Shown piece after piece: positions 29,290 to 38,407 of a DNA stretch of 64,000 nt. Position 1 is the stretch's first letter. Each line of letters begins with the position of its first letter. The translations under genes and the position numbers were made by a program. The notes beneath the pieces are model-generated. The model saw nothing but the letters and a program-made list of their open reading frames with translations. It did not search any database and was not told the DNA's origin. Source of the stretch: Dehalococcoidia bacterium (lineage in GTDB: Bacteria > Chloroflexota > Dehalococcoidia > Lucifugimonadales > UBA3495); contig DUCU01000066.1 of the NCBI GenBank assembly GCA_012959605.1, positions 15,319 through 79,318 of the forward strand. The letters run 5' to 3'.

Positions 29290-29898
29290 TCACCCCGCGG
29301 AAGCAGATTTGATGGTCGCTCTAAGATCGTCGATGCTAATGTCTCCGCCCAGCAATTCCCCGCCAATGAGATAGGTGGGAGTTCCGCCCACCCCAGCCTC
29401 TTTAGCCGCTTCGTGATCCTGCATCACGGCGTCTCGAAACTCACCTGCTTCAATTCGAGGGGCAAGGTCAACCCAGTCCATGCCAGAAGCGGTCACTATC
29501 TCTTGCAACACGTCCAAGTCGTTGATGTCGGCGCCAGACTCCCAGTAAGCCGCAGCAGCCAGGTGGTGGAACTCACCGTCTTTACCCTTTTCTTTGGCGT
29601 ACGCAGTGATCTCGTGCGCACGTTTCGTGTTTGGTGACCATTGCGGGCGGTGCATCTCCAATCCAACGCCTTTGGCCCGTTCTTGCATCCCGGCGTTGAG
29701 TTCGGTTTCGGTCTCGCCGTCAAACAGCCGACGAGGCTCTCCCTCCGCAGGTCTTTCCGGGCGAAGTAGATACGGTCTGCGATCTACATCAATGGACAAC
29801 TCCGATGACAACATGTCGAGCCTACCCAGGCCGACGTAGCAATAGGGTCAAGTGTAGTCGTACCAAACGGTGACATTAACGGGATTAGAAGTGGCCAT
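29290..29898 (-). CDS. DsbA/FrnE-like thiol:disulfide oxidoreductase, candidate selenoprotein (in-frame TGA read as Sec)
   Basis: The ORF track begins at Met 29814 and so lacks the redox motif. In the same frame upstream: ATG 29898, MATSNPVNVTVWYDYT, TGA (29850..29848), PYCYVGLGRLD, Met 29814. This restores the family signature W.D..C-P-x-C-Y-(I/V)-G with U-P-Y-C. GAGAGG lies 6 nt upstream of ATG 29898. Confidence 0.6.
29815..29835 (-). promoter_or_regulatory. bSECIS-like hairpin 12 nt downstream of the TGA
   Basis: The mRNA GUCGGCCU-GGGU-AGGC(U)CGAC folds by hand into 8 bp with one bulged U and a G-rich apical loop. The loop lies about 20 nt from the UGA. Confidence 0.45.
29848..29850 (-). 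other. in-frame TGA codon at the first Cys position of the CxxC motif (candidate Sec codon)
   Basis: The plus strand reads tca at 29848..29850, which is TGA on the coding strand. It is flanked by ..YDYT and PYCY.. Confidence 0.6.
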
Positions 29899-29995
29899 TT
29901 TCTACCTCTCTACTGTGGGTTGATCGGGGGAATATCTAAGCCAGGAGCGATTTCGGAACATTGTAGCACGCACGTTTCCTGACTAATTCCAGAAA

Positions 29996-30036
29996 ATGAA
30001 AAAGGCCGTTGTGAGACTCACAACGGCCTTTTTTAA
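29996..30036. terminator. bidirectional intrinsic terminator after the esterase gene
   Basis: GGCCGTTGTGA (30004..30014) pairs with TCACAACGGCC (30018..30028). An A-run lies before the hairpin and TTTTTT after it. Confidence 0.8.
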
Positions 30037-30056
30037 TTACTGCAAGTCCCGACTGT

Positions 30057-31007
30057 TTAGTCGGCGGCGCTTGGTGAGCCGGCCTTGGAAAAGGCGTTTC
30101 GCAGGGCGGCAGACGCCTCGTCCACTGCCTGCTGTCCCTTGTCCACCACGGCTCCCATGCTGAAGAAGCCGTGAATCACACCGTCATACCGAGTGGCGGT
30201 GGTCTCCACACCAGCTTCACTCAGTCGTTTGGCGTAGGCCTCTCCCTCGTCGCGTAGTGGGTCGAATTCTCCCGTAATCACCAACGCCGGTGGCTGTCCG
30301 ACCAGACTCTTGGCCTGTAGCGGGGCCGCATAGGGGTTTGAAGCATCCTCTTCATTGGCCAAGTAATGCTCCCAGTACCACTGCATGCCAACCTTGGTCA
30401 GTGAATAACCTTCGGCATTATCGTTGTAGGAAACGGTGTTGTAATTGACATCGGTAACCGGGTAGATCAGGACCTGGAGCGCAATCTCTGGGCCACCTCT
30501 ATCGGCTGCCATCAGCGCCATGGCCGCGGCCAAGTTGCCGCCTGCGCTATCGCCGCCAACGGCCAGCCGAGCGGGGTCACCGTTGATCGCCGCGGCGTTA
30601 TTCACCGCCCAGGTTGTTGCGGCCCAGCAGTCATCAGCGGGACCAGGGAATTTGGTGTCAGGCGCTAATCGATAATCTACCGAGACGACGATGCATTGGC
30701 CGCCCACACATAAGCTGCGTGCGGATCCATCAGCCGATTCTAAATCGCCCACCACCCAACCACCACCGTGGAACCAGGCCAGGATGGGGAACGGGCCATC
30801 GCCCTCCGGAGTGTAGATGCGCACCGGAACGTCGCTGTCGGGGCCGGGGATGGTCCGGTCTTCCACCTTGGCCACTTCAGGGCCGGGAGAACGCTTCCGG
30901 AGCTTGGAGTTGGCTCGAGCTACTTCCGGGCTAACGGTATCGGCCGGCGGCAGACCAAGGGCTGCCACGGTTTCCATCACCTGTATTATCTGTGGGTCTA
31001 ACGGCAT
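30057..31007 (-). CDS. alpha/beta hydrolase, hormone-sensitive-lipase-type esterase (family IV)
   Basis: 316 aa with the HGGGW oxyanion motif, the GDSAGG nucleophile elbow, and DPLRDEG..HGF. Confidence 0.85.
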   Translation of the reverse strand: MPLDPQIIQVMETVAALGLPPADTVSPEVARANSKLRKRSPGPEVAKVEDRTIPGPDSDVPVRIYTPEGDGPFPILAWFHGGGWVVGDLESADGSARSLCVGGQCIVVSVDYRLAPDTKFPGPADDCWAATTWAVNNAAAINGDPARLAVGGDSAGGNLAAAMALMAADRGGPEIALQVLIYPVTDVNYNTVSYNDNAEGYSLTKVGMQWYWEHYLANEEDASNPYAAPLQAKSLVGQPPALVITGEFDPLRDEGEAYAKRLSEAGVETTATRYDGVIHGFFSMGAVVDKGQQAVDEASAALRNAFSKAGSPSAAD

Positions 31008-31113
31008 ATCGTACCTCCACGGTTCAGTTGAATTGATTCAAAATCATGGGCTTCAAGATATATTCAGGGCATTATAACTGAAAACAATTCCATCCCATCC
31101 GGATTGAGAGGCT

Positions 31114-31944
31114 TTAAGGCGCTGCATCTGCGCTCGGATCCCAAATCCAATATTTTGCGACCGCGCCCGCATCGACTCTAAGGTCAGTCCCGGTGATCAT
31201 CTCAGCCTCGTCAGAGGCCAAAAAAGACGCTGCTTTGGCGTAATGGCGAGGGCTTGGCAGCTTCTGGAGAGGCGACCCGGTGCTGGGGTCTGCCAGCCAG
31301 CCGCTGGAACGCTGCCCGCCCCTAGGCCCTGGCCATTCAACGCCCCAACGCTTCGCGCGCTCAAACGCCTCTGTTCGGTCGGTGGCCGTCGGGGTCAGGC
31401 TGTTCACCCTGATCCCATATTTAGCCAATTCCATGGCTACGGACCGGGTGAAATTCATCAGGCCACCCTTGGCGGTACCGTAACCGATGTTGCCCGGTTC
31501 ACCCTGGTGACCTGCCGTGGAGATGATGTTGATCATGTTGCCTTTGCGCCCCAGGTCAATCATCTGTTTGGCGGCATATTTGGTGAACAAAAAGGCCCCC
31601 GTCAGCATCACGTCGGTCTGCCTCCGCCATTCATCCACAGGCATATCTAATACGCCCTTCCAGTTGAAGACAGTGGCGCCGTTGACCAAGATGTCCACTC
31701 CGCCAAAAGTCTCTTTGGCCAGGTCCACAGCGGCAATCACCTGCGCTTCGTCGGTCACGTCACAGGCGATGGTGATGGCTTCGCGTCCCAAATCTTTTAC
31801 AGCCTGGGCACATTTCTCAGCGTAGGCGGGGTTTATGTCAACACAGACCACGTTGGCCCCTTCCTCAGCCATGCCTTCTGCGATACCGCCCATGATGTTT
31901 GGGCTGGTGCCGGTTACCAGAGCAACTTTTCCGTCAAGTTTCAT
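31114..31944 (-). CDS. SDR-family oxidoreductase
   Basis: 276 aa with GKVALVTGTS..GGIA, NGA and YGTAKGG (YxxxK). Confidence 0.8.
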   Translation of the reverse strand: MKLDGKVALVTGTSPNIMGGIAEGMAEEGANVVCVDINPAYAEKCAQAVKDLGREAITIACDVTDEAQVIAAVDLAKETFGGVDILVNGATVFNWKGVLDMPVDEWRRQTDVMLTGAFLFTKYAAKQMIDLGRKGNMINIISTAGHQGEPGNIGYGTAKGGLMNFTRSVAMELAKYGIRVNSLTPTATDRTEAFERAKRWGVEWPGPRGGQRSSGWLADPSTGSPLQKLPSPRHYAKAASFLASDEAEMITGTDLRVDAGAVAKYWIWDPSADAAP

Positions 31945-32157
31945 ATTGTTGGTTCGCTCCGTTAAAACTATTTCTTGAGGCTAGCCTGCCATTCCTCGTG
32001 GGGAGGCACCTTCTCGACTAGGACGTAAAGATAGTAGTAGCAGCCCATCTCCTCTAGGAATTTAAACTGCTTGCGCAGGTCTTTAACCAGGGCGGGAAAA
32101 TCGTCGTGGAAGCGTAAATACTTCTGAAATCCACTGAACTCTAAATCCAGTTCCAGC

Positions 32158-32171
32158 AATCTCTAATCTCT
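32158..32171 (-). repeat. 7-bp tandem duplication (AGAGATT x2 on the coding strand) causing a frameshift
   Basis: The plus strand reads aatctct aatctct. Deleting one copy gives ..NAQRLLELDLEFSGF.., joining two Tag-like segments in frame. Confidence 0.8.
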
Positions 32172-32279
32172 GAGCATTACTCACCACGGCTTCCAGTTTG
32201 CGCCAATTCCTAATAGTTTTGGCCTTGGGTCAGCAAGTCTATCTTTGAAGGGGTCATGCCAACGACTTTAGTAGCGTCT

Positions 32280-32304
32280 AACCCGTGGAACCCGTGGAAC
32301 CCGT
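32280..32304 (-). repeat. 9-bp microsatellite (aacccgtgg x2.8) inside the Tag-like pseudogene
   Basis: It encodes GFH-GFH-G. The repeat is in frame, so it is not itself disruptive. Confidence 0.8.
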
Positions 32305-32492
32305 CTCGGATGCCCGGCCATTTTGATTCCACAATCTTGTTGGACATGCCCGACTGAAACATCACCTTCCTCATTACCTCCAGGTAGTCCCAGGGCCTTT
32401 GGGTTTTATCTGGTCCGGTGCCTGCATCTCTGGCATGGGAGCCCTCTCAATCCGTTGCAGCTTCTTTAGTGCGGGGCTTTAGTTGCGAATTT

Positions 32493-33476
32493 TCAGTCGA
32501 TAGTCAGGACGATTTTTCCGAAGTTGGCGTTGGTCTCCATGTATTTATGGGCCTCGGCAACTTCTTCCAGCGGAAACGTCCGATCAACTATCGGCTTCAT
32601 GCTTCCAGAGGCGAGATGGGGCAGCACGTGACGCCTGAACTGGGCAGTTACCTCTAGTTTCTCACCGAGGGTACGACCTCTTAGGCCGGTACCGCAGACC
32701 TGCAAACGCTTGGCCATTAACGGGCGCAGGTCAACTTCCATTTTGGTCCCGCCCATGAGGCCGACTTCGACCAACCGGCCAAGCACAGCCAAAGATGCGA
32801 TGTTCTTGTCCCAGTACGGGGCACCAATGAAGTCAATCAGCACATCCACGCCTGCGCCGGAGGTTACCTGTTTGATTACCTCTGCAAAGTCCTGTTCGTG
32901 GTAATTGATGCCCACGTTCATGCCCAGGTCAGTTGCCCCGGACAGTTTCTCTGCCGAGCCGGCAGTTCCAAACACAAATGCTCCGGCCTGATGGGCTAGT
33001 TGCACGGCAGCAGTGCCCACACCGCTCCCAGCGGCATGGATCAGCACGCTCTCTCCCATTTGGAGATTACCTCGGTTGAACAACGCGTCGTAGGCCGTGA
33101 GATAGACCTCTGGCGTCGCGGCAGCCTGCACAAAATCCCAACCAGCCGGTATCTTGACCGCCATACGGTGGTGGGTGATGGTACGGCTGGCGTAACCGCC
33201 GCCGCCCAGGAGACCAAAAACACGGTCGCCTTCCTTCAGGCTATCCACTCGGTCACCCACCTCAAGCACCACTCCGGAAAACTCCAGACCGGGGATTTCA
33301 GATGGGCTGCCAAACGGCGCAGGGTAGGCACCTTGACGCTGGAGCATGTCAGCACGGTTCAGGGCCGACGCTTTAACATCCACCAAGATATCTTCGGGGC
33401 CGGGCACAGGATCATCTACTTCCATTACCTTCAAAACGTCTGGGCCGCCGGGTTCGGTGATGACTACTGCGCGCAT
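32493..33476 (-). CDS. NADPH:quinone oxidoreductase / zinc-independent MDR family
   Basis: 327 aa with MRAVVITEPGGPDVLKV..VKASALNRAD..QRQGAYP..PG.E.SG.V...G and AAGSGVGTAAVQLA. Confidence 0.85.
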   Translation of the reverse strand: MRAVVITEPGGPDVLKVMEVDDPVPGPEDILVDVKASALNRADMLQRQGAYPAPFGSPSEIPGLEFSGVVLEVGDRVDSLKEGDRVFGLLGGGGYASRTITHHRMAVKIPAGWDFVQAAATPEVYLTAYDALFNRGNLQMGESVLIHAAGSGVGTAAVQLAHQAGAFVFGTAGSAEKLSGATDLGMNVGINYHEQDFAEVIKQVTSGAGVDVLIDFIGAPYWDKNIASLAVLGRLVEVGLMGGTKMEVDLRPLMAKRLQVCGTGLRGRTLGEKLEVTAQFRRHVLPHLASGSMKPIVDRTFPLEEVAEAHKYMETNANFGKIVLTID

Positions 33477-33688
33477 GAATGTATTCCTTTATGACTACGG
33501 TGAGTTTCGAAACCCATTTAGCGGTGGTTTGGTCCGCCTGCTGGATTTCGCACCAGTTTATCACTGGAATTAAGCAACCGCAGCCGGTCATTGCCAGCCC
33601 TCTGCCAGCAGGCGCAAAAAACCCCGATTCCGGGAGTCGGTTCTCGTAAAAACTCTCAGGCACGGGGCTAATGTGCTACCAGGTGAAG

Positions 33689-35038
33689 TTAGTCTGAAGA
33701 CAGGGCGGCGCTGTGGTCGTCAATGCGTTGCATCAGGTCTATGATGACCGGCATCGCAGGGCCGTAACGGTCAGCGTCGTCAATTCCGTAGCCCTTGTGG
33801 TAGGCAGAACGGAAGTTGGCGATGGCGCCACCAGCTCCGGTTACTGAGGAGTTACCCTCGTCCCAGATGCCACCGTGGATCAAGTCAGGCATGGCGTCTG
33901 GCTCACGGAAGACGTTTTTGGGGTCACCGCCGTCCTCCACAACACGCATTTGCTCCTCAAATTGGCGGCGCATGAACACGATAGGCAGGTCGGTGCGGCC
34001 CAGTTGCTCCGACGTCCGGTCGTATATCTCACCCTGGGAGACCCAGGCATGGGCGTCTTGAGCGAGAACGAAATCCCACAACGGTTTACCGTCTTCATCA
34101 AAGATCGGAATGTCGTAGTAGGGAATTGAGTCTTGCACCGGGGCAGGGACTGCTGTTGGGGCTGTGTAGCAGCCGTAGGCAATGTGATAGGTGCTGACGT
34201 CGTCGATGGGCACCCGAATCTGAAACTCCTGACGCACTTGGCCAGGTCCGCCGGTCTGAGTGTAGAACGGGAATATCACCGTGGAGTGTCGAGACTGGCG
34301 GTCTTTATCTGCTCCCATGGCCTTGGAGTAATTGATTCCTTTTTCCATGCCGTATTGGGTCTCATGGGCGTAAAGGGACTCAATGCCACGACCCATGTCG
34401 ATTCTTGAGTGCAGGGTAGACATCTGTCTGTCTTTCGTTCGTTCTTCCAGGTCACCGTTTTTCTCCAGCATATGTTTGAACATGTAGCCGTGAAGGTAAA
34501 CGCTGTGGGCCGGGTCGCCGGTGTTTTCATGGCACTGGAGCCAGTTGCATTCCAGCACCGAGATACCGATCTGGCGGATGGCGTTGGGCATCACAAACAG
34601 GTCCCAAGGAGCAAGCAGAGGCACCGGCTGTGGGCCCATGTAAGCCCAGACCAACCCGCCCATTTCCCGCACGGGATAGGCGGCTATTTTTACTTGGTCT
34701 TTGAGTTTGTTGGTGGGCGATTCCAGGGGAGTGTCAATGCACTGGCCGTCCGGAGCGAACTCCCAGCCGTGATAGCAGCAGCGTAGGCCGTCTTCGTCGG
34801 GGATTCCAAACTTCATCAGGACTGCTCGATGGGGACAGCGCTCGCCGACCAGACCCAGTTCGCCCTTCTTCGTGATGAAGAGAACCAAGTCCTCGCCAAG
34901 AATCCTAATTGGCATCACTTCTTCTTCTTTCAGCTGCGATAGCGGCCGCACCGGTAACCAATAACGGCGCATCAATTCGCCCATTGGTGTTCCCGGGCCA
35001 ACTCTGGTTAGTCTTTCTTGAGCTTCGGCGGTCAGCAT
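33689..35038 (-). CDS. Rieske [2Fe-2S] aromatic-ring-hydroxylating oxygenase alpha subunit
   Basis: 449 aa with the Rieske motif CPHR..(17 aa)..CCYHGW and the mononuclear iron motif NTGDPAHSVYLH (D-x2-H-x4-H). No beta subunit, ferredoxin or reductase is adjacent. Confidence 0.85.
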   Translation of the reverse strand: MLTAEAQERLTRVGPGTPMGELMRRYWLPVRPLSQLKEEEVMPIRILGEDLVLFITKKGELGLVGERCPHRAVLMKFGIPDEDGLRCCYHGWEFAPDGQCIDTPLESPTNKLKDQVKIAAYPVREMGGLVWAYMGPQPVPLLAPWDLFVMPNAIRQIGISVLECNWLQCHENTGDPAHSVYLHGYMFKHMLEKNGDLEERTKDRQMSTLHSRIDMGRGIESLYAHETQYGMEKGINYSKAMGADKDRQSRHSTVIFPFYTQTGGPGQVRQEFQIRVPIDDVSTYHIAYGCYTAPTAVPAPVQDSIPYYDIPIFDEDGKPLWDFVLAQDAHAWVSQGEIYDRTSEQLGRTDLPIVFMRRQFEEQMRVVEDGGDPKNVFREPDAMPDLIHGGIWDEGNSSVTGAGGAIANFRSAYHKGYGIDDADRYGPAMPVIIDLMQRIDDHSAALSSD

Positions 35039-35156
35039 ATGACCCTCCCTAATAAACCTTTGGAGATCAACTTCACGAGAAGAACCATCTGTGTTAGTTG
35101 ATTGCCGGACAGTATATCGCAGAATTTATCGATGCTGCATAAAGACAAAGCCAGGG

Positions 35157-36607
35157 TTACCGGGCGATGAAGCTAGTTTCTTCGCCGTTCACTGACACGG
35201 TGTAAGTGCGACCGGTTTCAAAGACATCACCCAATGAGATCACTGATTCCACCGTCGGATAATCGGTAGTGCAGGGCACGTTTTGCGCCTCGATTTCCAG
35301 ATGAGTAACGGTGACTTCCACGCGGTCAAAGAACCGTCTGTTGATCTCGTCGCCGTTGAATTTTGAGCACGCACTCCCCAGAGATAGGCCCGAAACCACA
35401 ATTAGCTGATAGCCATCGTCAGTTTCGTCCAACATTACACTCTGAATGGGAGATTCTTTCTCTGCCATCGCCTGTCCATCTGATTGCGGGACAGTGAACA
35501 AGAGAGTCAATTTGCCGTTGACCGTTACTGGGTATTCATCTTCCGCAGTCAGTGCTCTGCACAAGGTCACTTTGCTTCCGTGGTAGCCGTAGATAGCGGT
35601 GCACATGATGGGCTCTTTCGGGTTGGCACCAGGTTCGTTACATCAACCACGAACTCGTTGCCAACCTGGCTGACCTCAACGTCGTCGAACTGGGCGGAGC
35701 CGCTCGGCAATCCGGAAGTGATGTCGACGGAGTAGACACCATCAGAACTCTCTGGTGTGACCAGCTTTGCAGATTCAACCGGAGCCGAAACTGAGACCAT
35801 GGCCAGTTCTTCGCTTGGGAAGTTGGTTTCAACTCCGTTGACGACCACGGTATAAGTCGTGCCATCTTCGAATGCAGTTCCAAGGGGAATCTCGGTGATG
35901 ACTACGGGCAAATCACGGGTGCAGGGCACGTTGTCCGCCAAGACCTCTCGGTGACTGACGGAAACTTCTATCCGATCCAAGAGCCGATTGTTCATCGTGT
36001 AACCGCTGAACCTGGAGCAGCTGCTACCCTTGGGAAGTCTGGAGATCACGGATAGGGTGTACCCGCCGTCAGTCTGAGAAACTTCCACCGTCTCCACCGG
36101 TGATTCTTGCTCCACCATGTCCAGACCTACCGCGTCCATAGCGTTGAAGGAAATCGTCAGGTGGTCGTTGACCATCACTGTGTAGGTCTCACCTGCAACC
36201 AAACCACTACCAATGCTTATTTGTCCCTCGTGCATGCCGTATCGTTCCGTGCAGGCCATTTCTAGGCTGGGATGGGGTACCAGATTGTTAACGCTCACCA
36301 CGAACGCGTTGCCTTCTTGATCCAGGCCGTACCCGTTGAATTCGGCACAACCGTTGGGCAGCCCTGAAATGATATTCAAGACGTAATCCCCAACAACATC
36401 GCTGGGTGGGACTACTGAAGCATCTTCAATTGGAGCCGCAACTTCAACCGGAGACGGTTCTACCGTCGGCGGGTCTCCCTTGATTGGCTTGGCCATCGGA
36501 AGCGACTGAACCTGCGGCGTCGCCGATGCGCTACTCCCACAGCCTACTGCAGATAGGATGGCGACCACCGTCACCAATAACATGATTATTCCAATTCTCT
36601 GGTTCAT
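35157..36607 (-). pseudogene. four-domain lipoprotein gene split by a 1-nt frameshift (or sequencing error) near 35616..35620
   Basis: ORFs 35567..36607 and 35157..35606 overlap. The repeat pattern ..NLVP-HPSLE-MACTERYG.. of copy A1 continues in copy A2 only across frames (..NLVPTRK | EPIMCTAIYG..). The shift lies at an AAA run. The N-terminus has signal plus lipobox AVGC. Confidence 0.6.
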
Positions 36608-36778
36608 TGCCTTCCTCCGTCCGGCTGTTTCAATCTTCCATTTTATTACCTGACGGATTCCGTCGCAGATTTGTTCCCGTTTTTTTGGGTGAACACACCA
36701 ATCACGTGCTATATACTACGTGACTCGCTTCAGACCCTTCGCTGGCAGAGGCCAGGTTTAACTTCTCGGAGGTACAGT

Positions 36779-37981
36779 ATGGTCAGGCCCAAAGAACCTT
36801 TCTCAGACCCCTTGGACGCTTTCTGCAAGGATACCGACGCCTACCTGGCCGGTCCGGAAGGTCGTCCTCTTTCCGATTTGAAATACGCGGCCAAGGACAT
36901 TTTTGACGTGGCCGGATTCGTGACTGGCGGCGGCAACCCTGACTGGAAGGCCACTCATCCGCCGGCAGATCAACACGCCTGGATCGTGGAGACCCTGTTG
37001 AATGCTGGGGCCACCATGGTGGGCAAGACCCACACCGATGAGCTAACGCGTGGAATCCTGGGGGAGAATGCCCATTACGGCACACCCATCAATTCCAGGG
37101 CTTTGGGAAGGGTTCCGGGTGGTTCCTCCAGCGGATCGGCAGCGGCGGTGGCCGGCGGGTTGGTTGACTTTGCCTTAGGGTCGGACACTGGAGGTTCAGT
37201 TCGAATCCCAGCCAGTTTCTGTGGCCTTTGGGGTCTGCGTCCTACCCATGATCGTATACCTTTGGAAGGAATCCTAAAGCAAGCGTCCAGCTATGACACA
37301 ATCGGCTGGTTCACCAGGGACGCAGCTACCTACGCCCAAGTAGCGCAGGTAGTCTTTCAGACCAGCATCCCGGATACCAGCCCCACCAGAATAATCATCG
37401 CCCAAGACCTCTTTGATGAAGCTGATGAAAACGTTTCAGCAGCGTTACTGCCCATAGCTGAAGAGATCGCTGCCATGGTTGGCAGTTCCACAACTGTGAA
37501 ACTGGCTCCCAATGGCCTGGCTGAATGGTCGGCCCAACAGAACGTCCTCCAGTCCAAAGAAGCTTGGGACACGGTCAAAGACTGGGTTGATCAGGTTAAC
37601 CCCAGGTTCAGCTTCTGGGTCTCGGAACGATACCAGTTCGCCATAAATCTGACCGACGCTCAGATAGATGGAGCCGTCGCAGTGCGAGATAGTCTCAGAA
37701 TTAGGATGGACGAAGTCTTTGCCGATGGTGGGTTCCTGTGTTTGCCCACTGCGGTCGTGCCCGCTCCGCTGCGGGGTCTGCCAGCGTCGGCCAAGAAGGA
37801 CGTACAGTCTCGGTTGAGCCGCCTGACCTGCATTGCCGGGACAACTGGGAGACCGCAACTGAGCATGCCCCTTGGAGAGGTGAACGGGATGCCCGTGGGT
37901 ATCTCAATCATGGGTGACCGGGGCTCTGATGAACAGTTGATTGGCTTTGCCTGCAGGGTCGAAGCTGAGTTCGGGAGCTAA
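36779..37981 (+). CDS. amidase (amidase-signature family)
   Basis: GGSSSGSAAAVAGGLVDFALGSDTGGSVRIPASFCGLWGLRPT is the AS-family signature. I use ATG 36779 (GGAGG 7 nt upstream) rather than the ORF-track 36671. Confidence 0.85.
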   Translation: MVRPKEPFSDPLDAFCKDTDAYLAGPEGRPLSDLKYAAKDIFDVAGFVTGGGNPDWKATHPPADQHAWIVETLLNAGATMVGKTHTDELTRGILGENAHYGTPINSRALGRVPGGSSSGSAAAVAGGLVDFALGSDTGGSVRIPASFCGLWGLRPTHDRIPLEGILKQASSYDTIGWFTRDAATYAQVAQVVFQTSIPDTSPTRIIIAQDLFDEADENVSAALLPIAEEIAAMVGSSTTVKLAPNGLAEWSAQQNVLQSKEAWDTVKDWVDQVNPRFSFWVSERYQFAINLTDAQIDGAVAVRDSLRIRMDEVFADGGFLCLPTAVVPAPLRGLPASAKKDVQSRLSRLTCIAGTTGRPQLSMPLGEVNGMPVGISIMGDRGSDEQLIGFACRVEAEFGS

Positions 37982-38059
37982 ACAGCAACCTTTTCAACTG
38001 CTCACCCATCTCATGTGCGTGACTAGTTACGCGAAGCAACCTGGTAGCAGAGGTTTTTA

Positions 38060-38320
38060 ATGAGCAGGGTCCATGACGTTGGCGGCTTGGCTGGATTTGG
38101 GCCCCTCAGCCCTCACCAAAAGGAAGAACCGACCTTTCACGAACCTTGGGAAGGCCGCACCTTTGGGATGGTGCTGGCCATAACCAGGCAGCGAGTGCTT
38201 GAGCCCGGTGGATTGCGACCTGCTATGGAGCCTGAGGAACACCTTACTTTCAGCTACTACCACAAATGGCTCAAGACTTTGGAAACAGGACTCTTGGCAG
38301 CGGAAGATAATCACCACTGA
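38060..38320 (+). CDS. nitrile hydratase beta-subunit N-terminal-like / accessory-protein-like small protein
   Basis: 86 aa. MSRVHDVGGLAGFGP..EEPTFHEPWEGRTFGM...SYYHKWLKTLETGLL parallels the first 90 or so residues of recalled NHase beta subunits. No alpha subunit or beta C-terminal half is present. Confidence 0.5.
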   Translation: MSRVHDVGGLAGFGPLSPHQKEEPTFHEPWEGRTFGMVLAITRQRVLEPGGLRPAMEPEEHLTFSYYHKWLKTLETGLLAAEDNHH

Positions 38321-38407
38321 TTAAGCGTTTGAACCGGTGGACAAGCTCCGCTCCTGCGGATTAGTATCAATTCGTAGTCTCGGATTTAGGATTGGAGGAG
38401 CGTATCA

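Larger units (their letters stand above)
31968..32436 (-). pseudogene. DNA-3-methyladenine glycosylase I (Tag)-like gene disrupted by at least 3 frameshifts
   Basis: The coding signal hops between frames. Segment 1 is MPEMQAPDQIKPK. Segment 2 is RPWDYLEVMRKVMFQSGMSNKIVESKWPGIRDGFHGFHGLDATKVVGMTPSKIDLLT. Segment 3 is KTIRNWRKLEAVVSNAQRL. Segment 4 is LELDLEFSGFQKYL..LRKQFKFLEEMGCYYYLYVL. The family call is from memory (W..r..fr.aF.gFd...V..m...d...L......IRN..KI.A...NA). Confidence 0.5.

Noticed and set aside
33477-33688. Possible riboswitch or structured leader between the Rieske and quinone-oxidoreductase genes (GCCTGCTGG...CCAGCAGGC 9-bp inverted repeat, small hairpins, CCCG-N4-CGGG plus a T6 run on the minus strand)
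   Set aside because: No known riboswitch core motifs are present. The elements are adequately explained as a weak terminator for the Rieske gene plus spacer.
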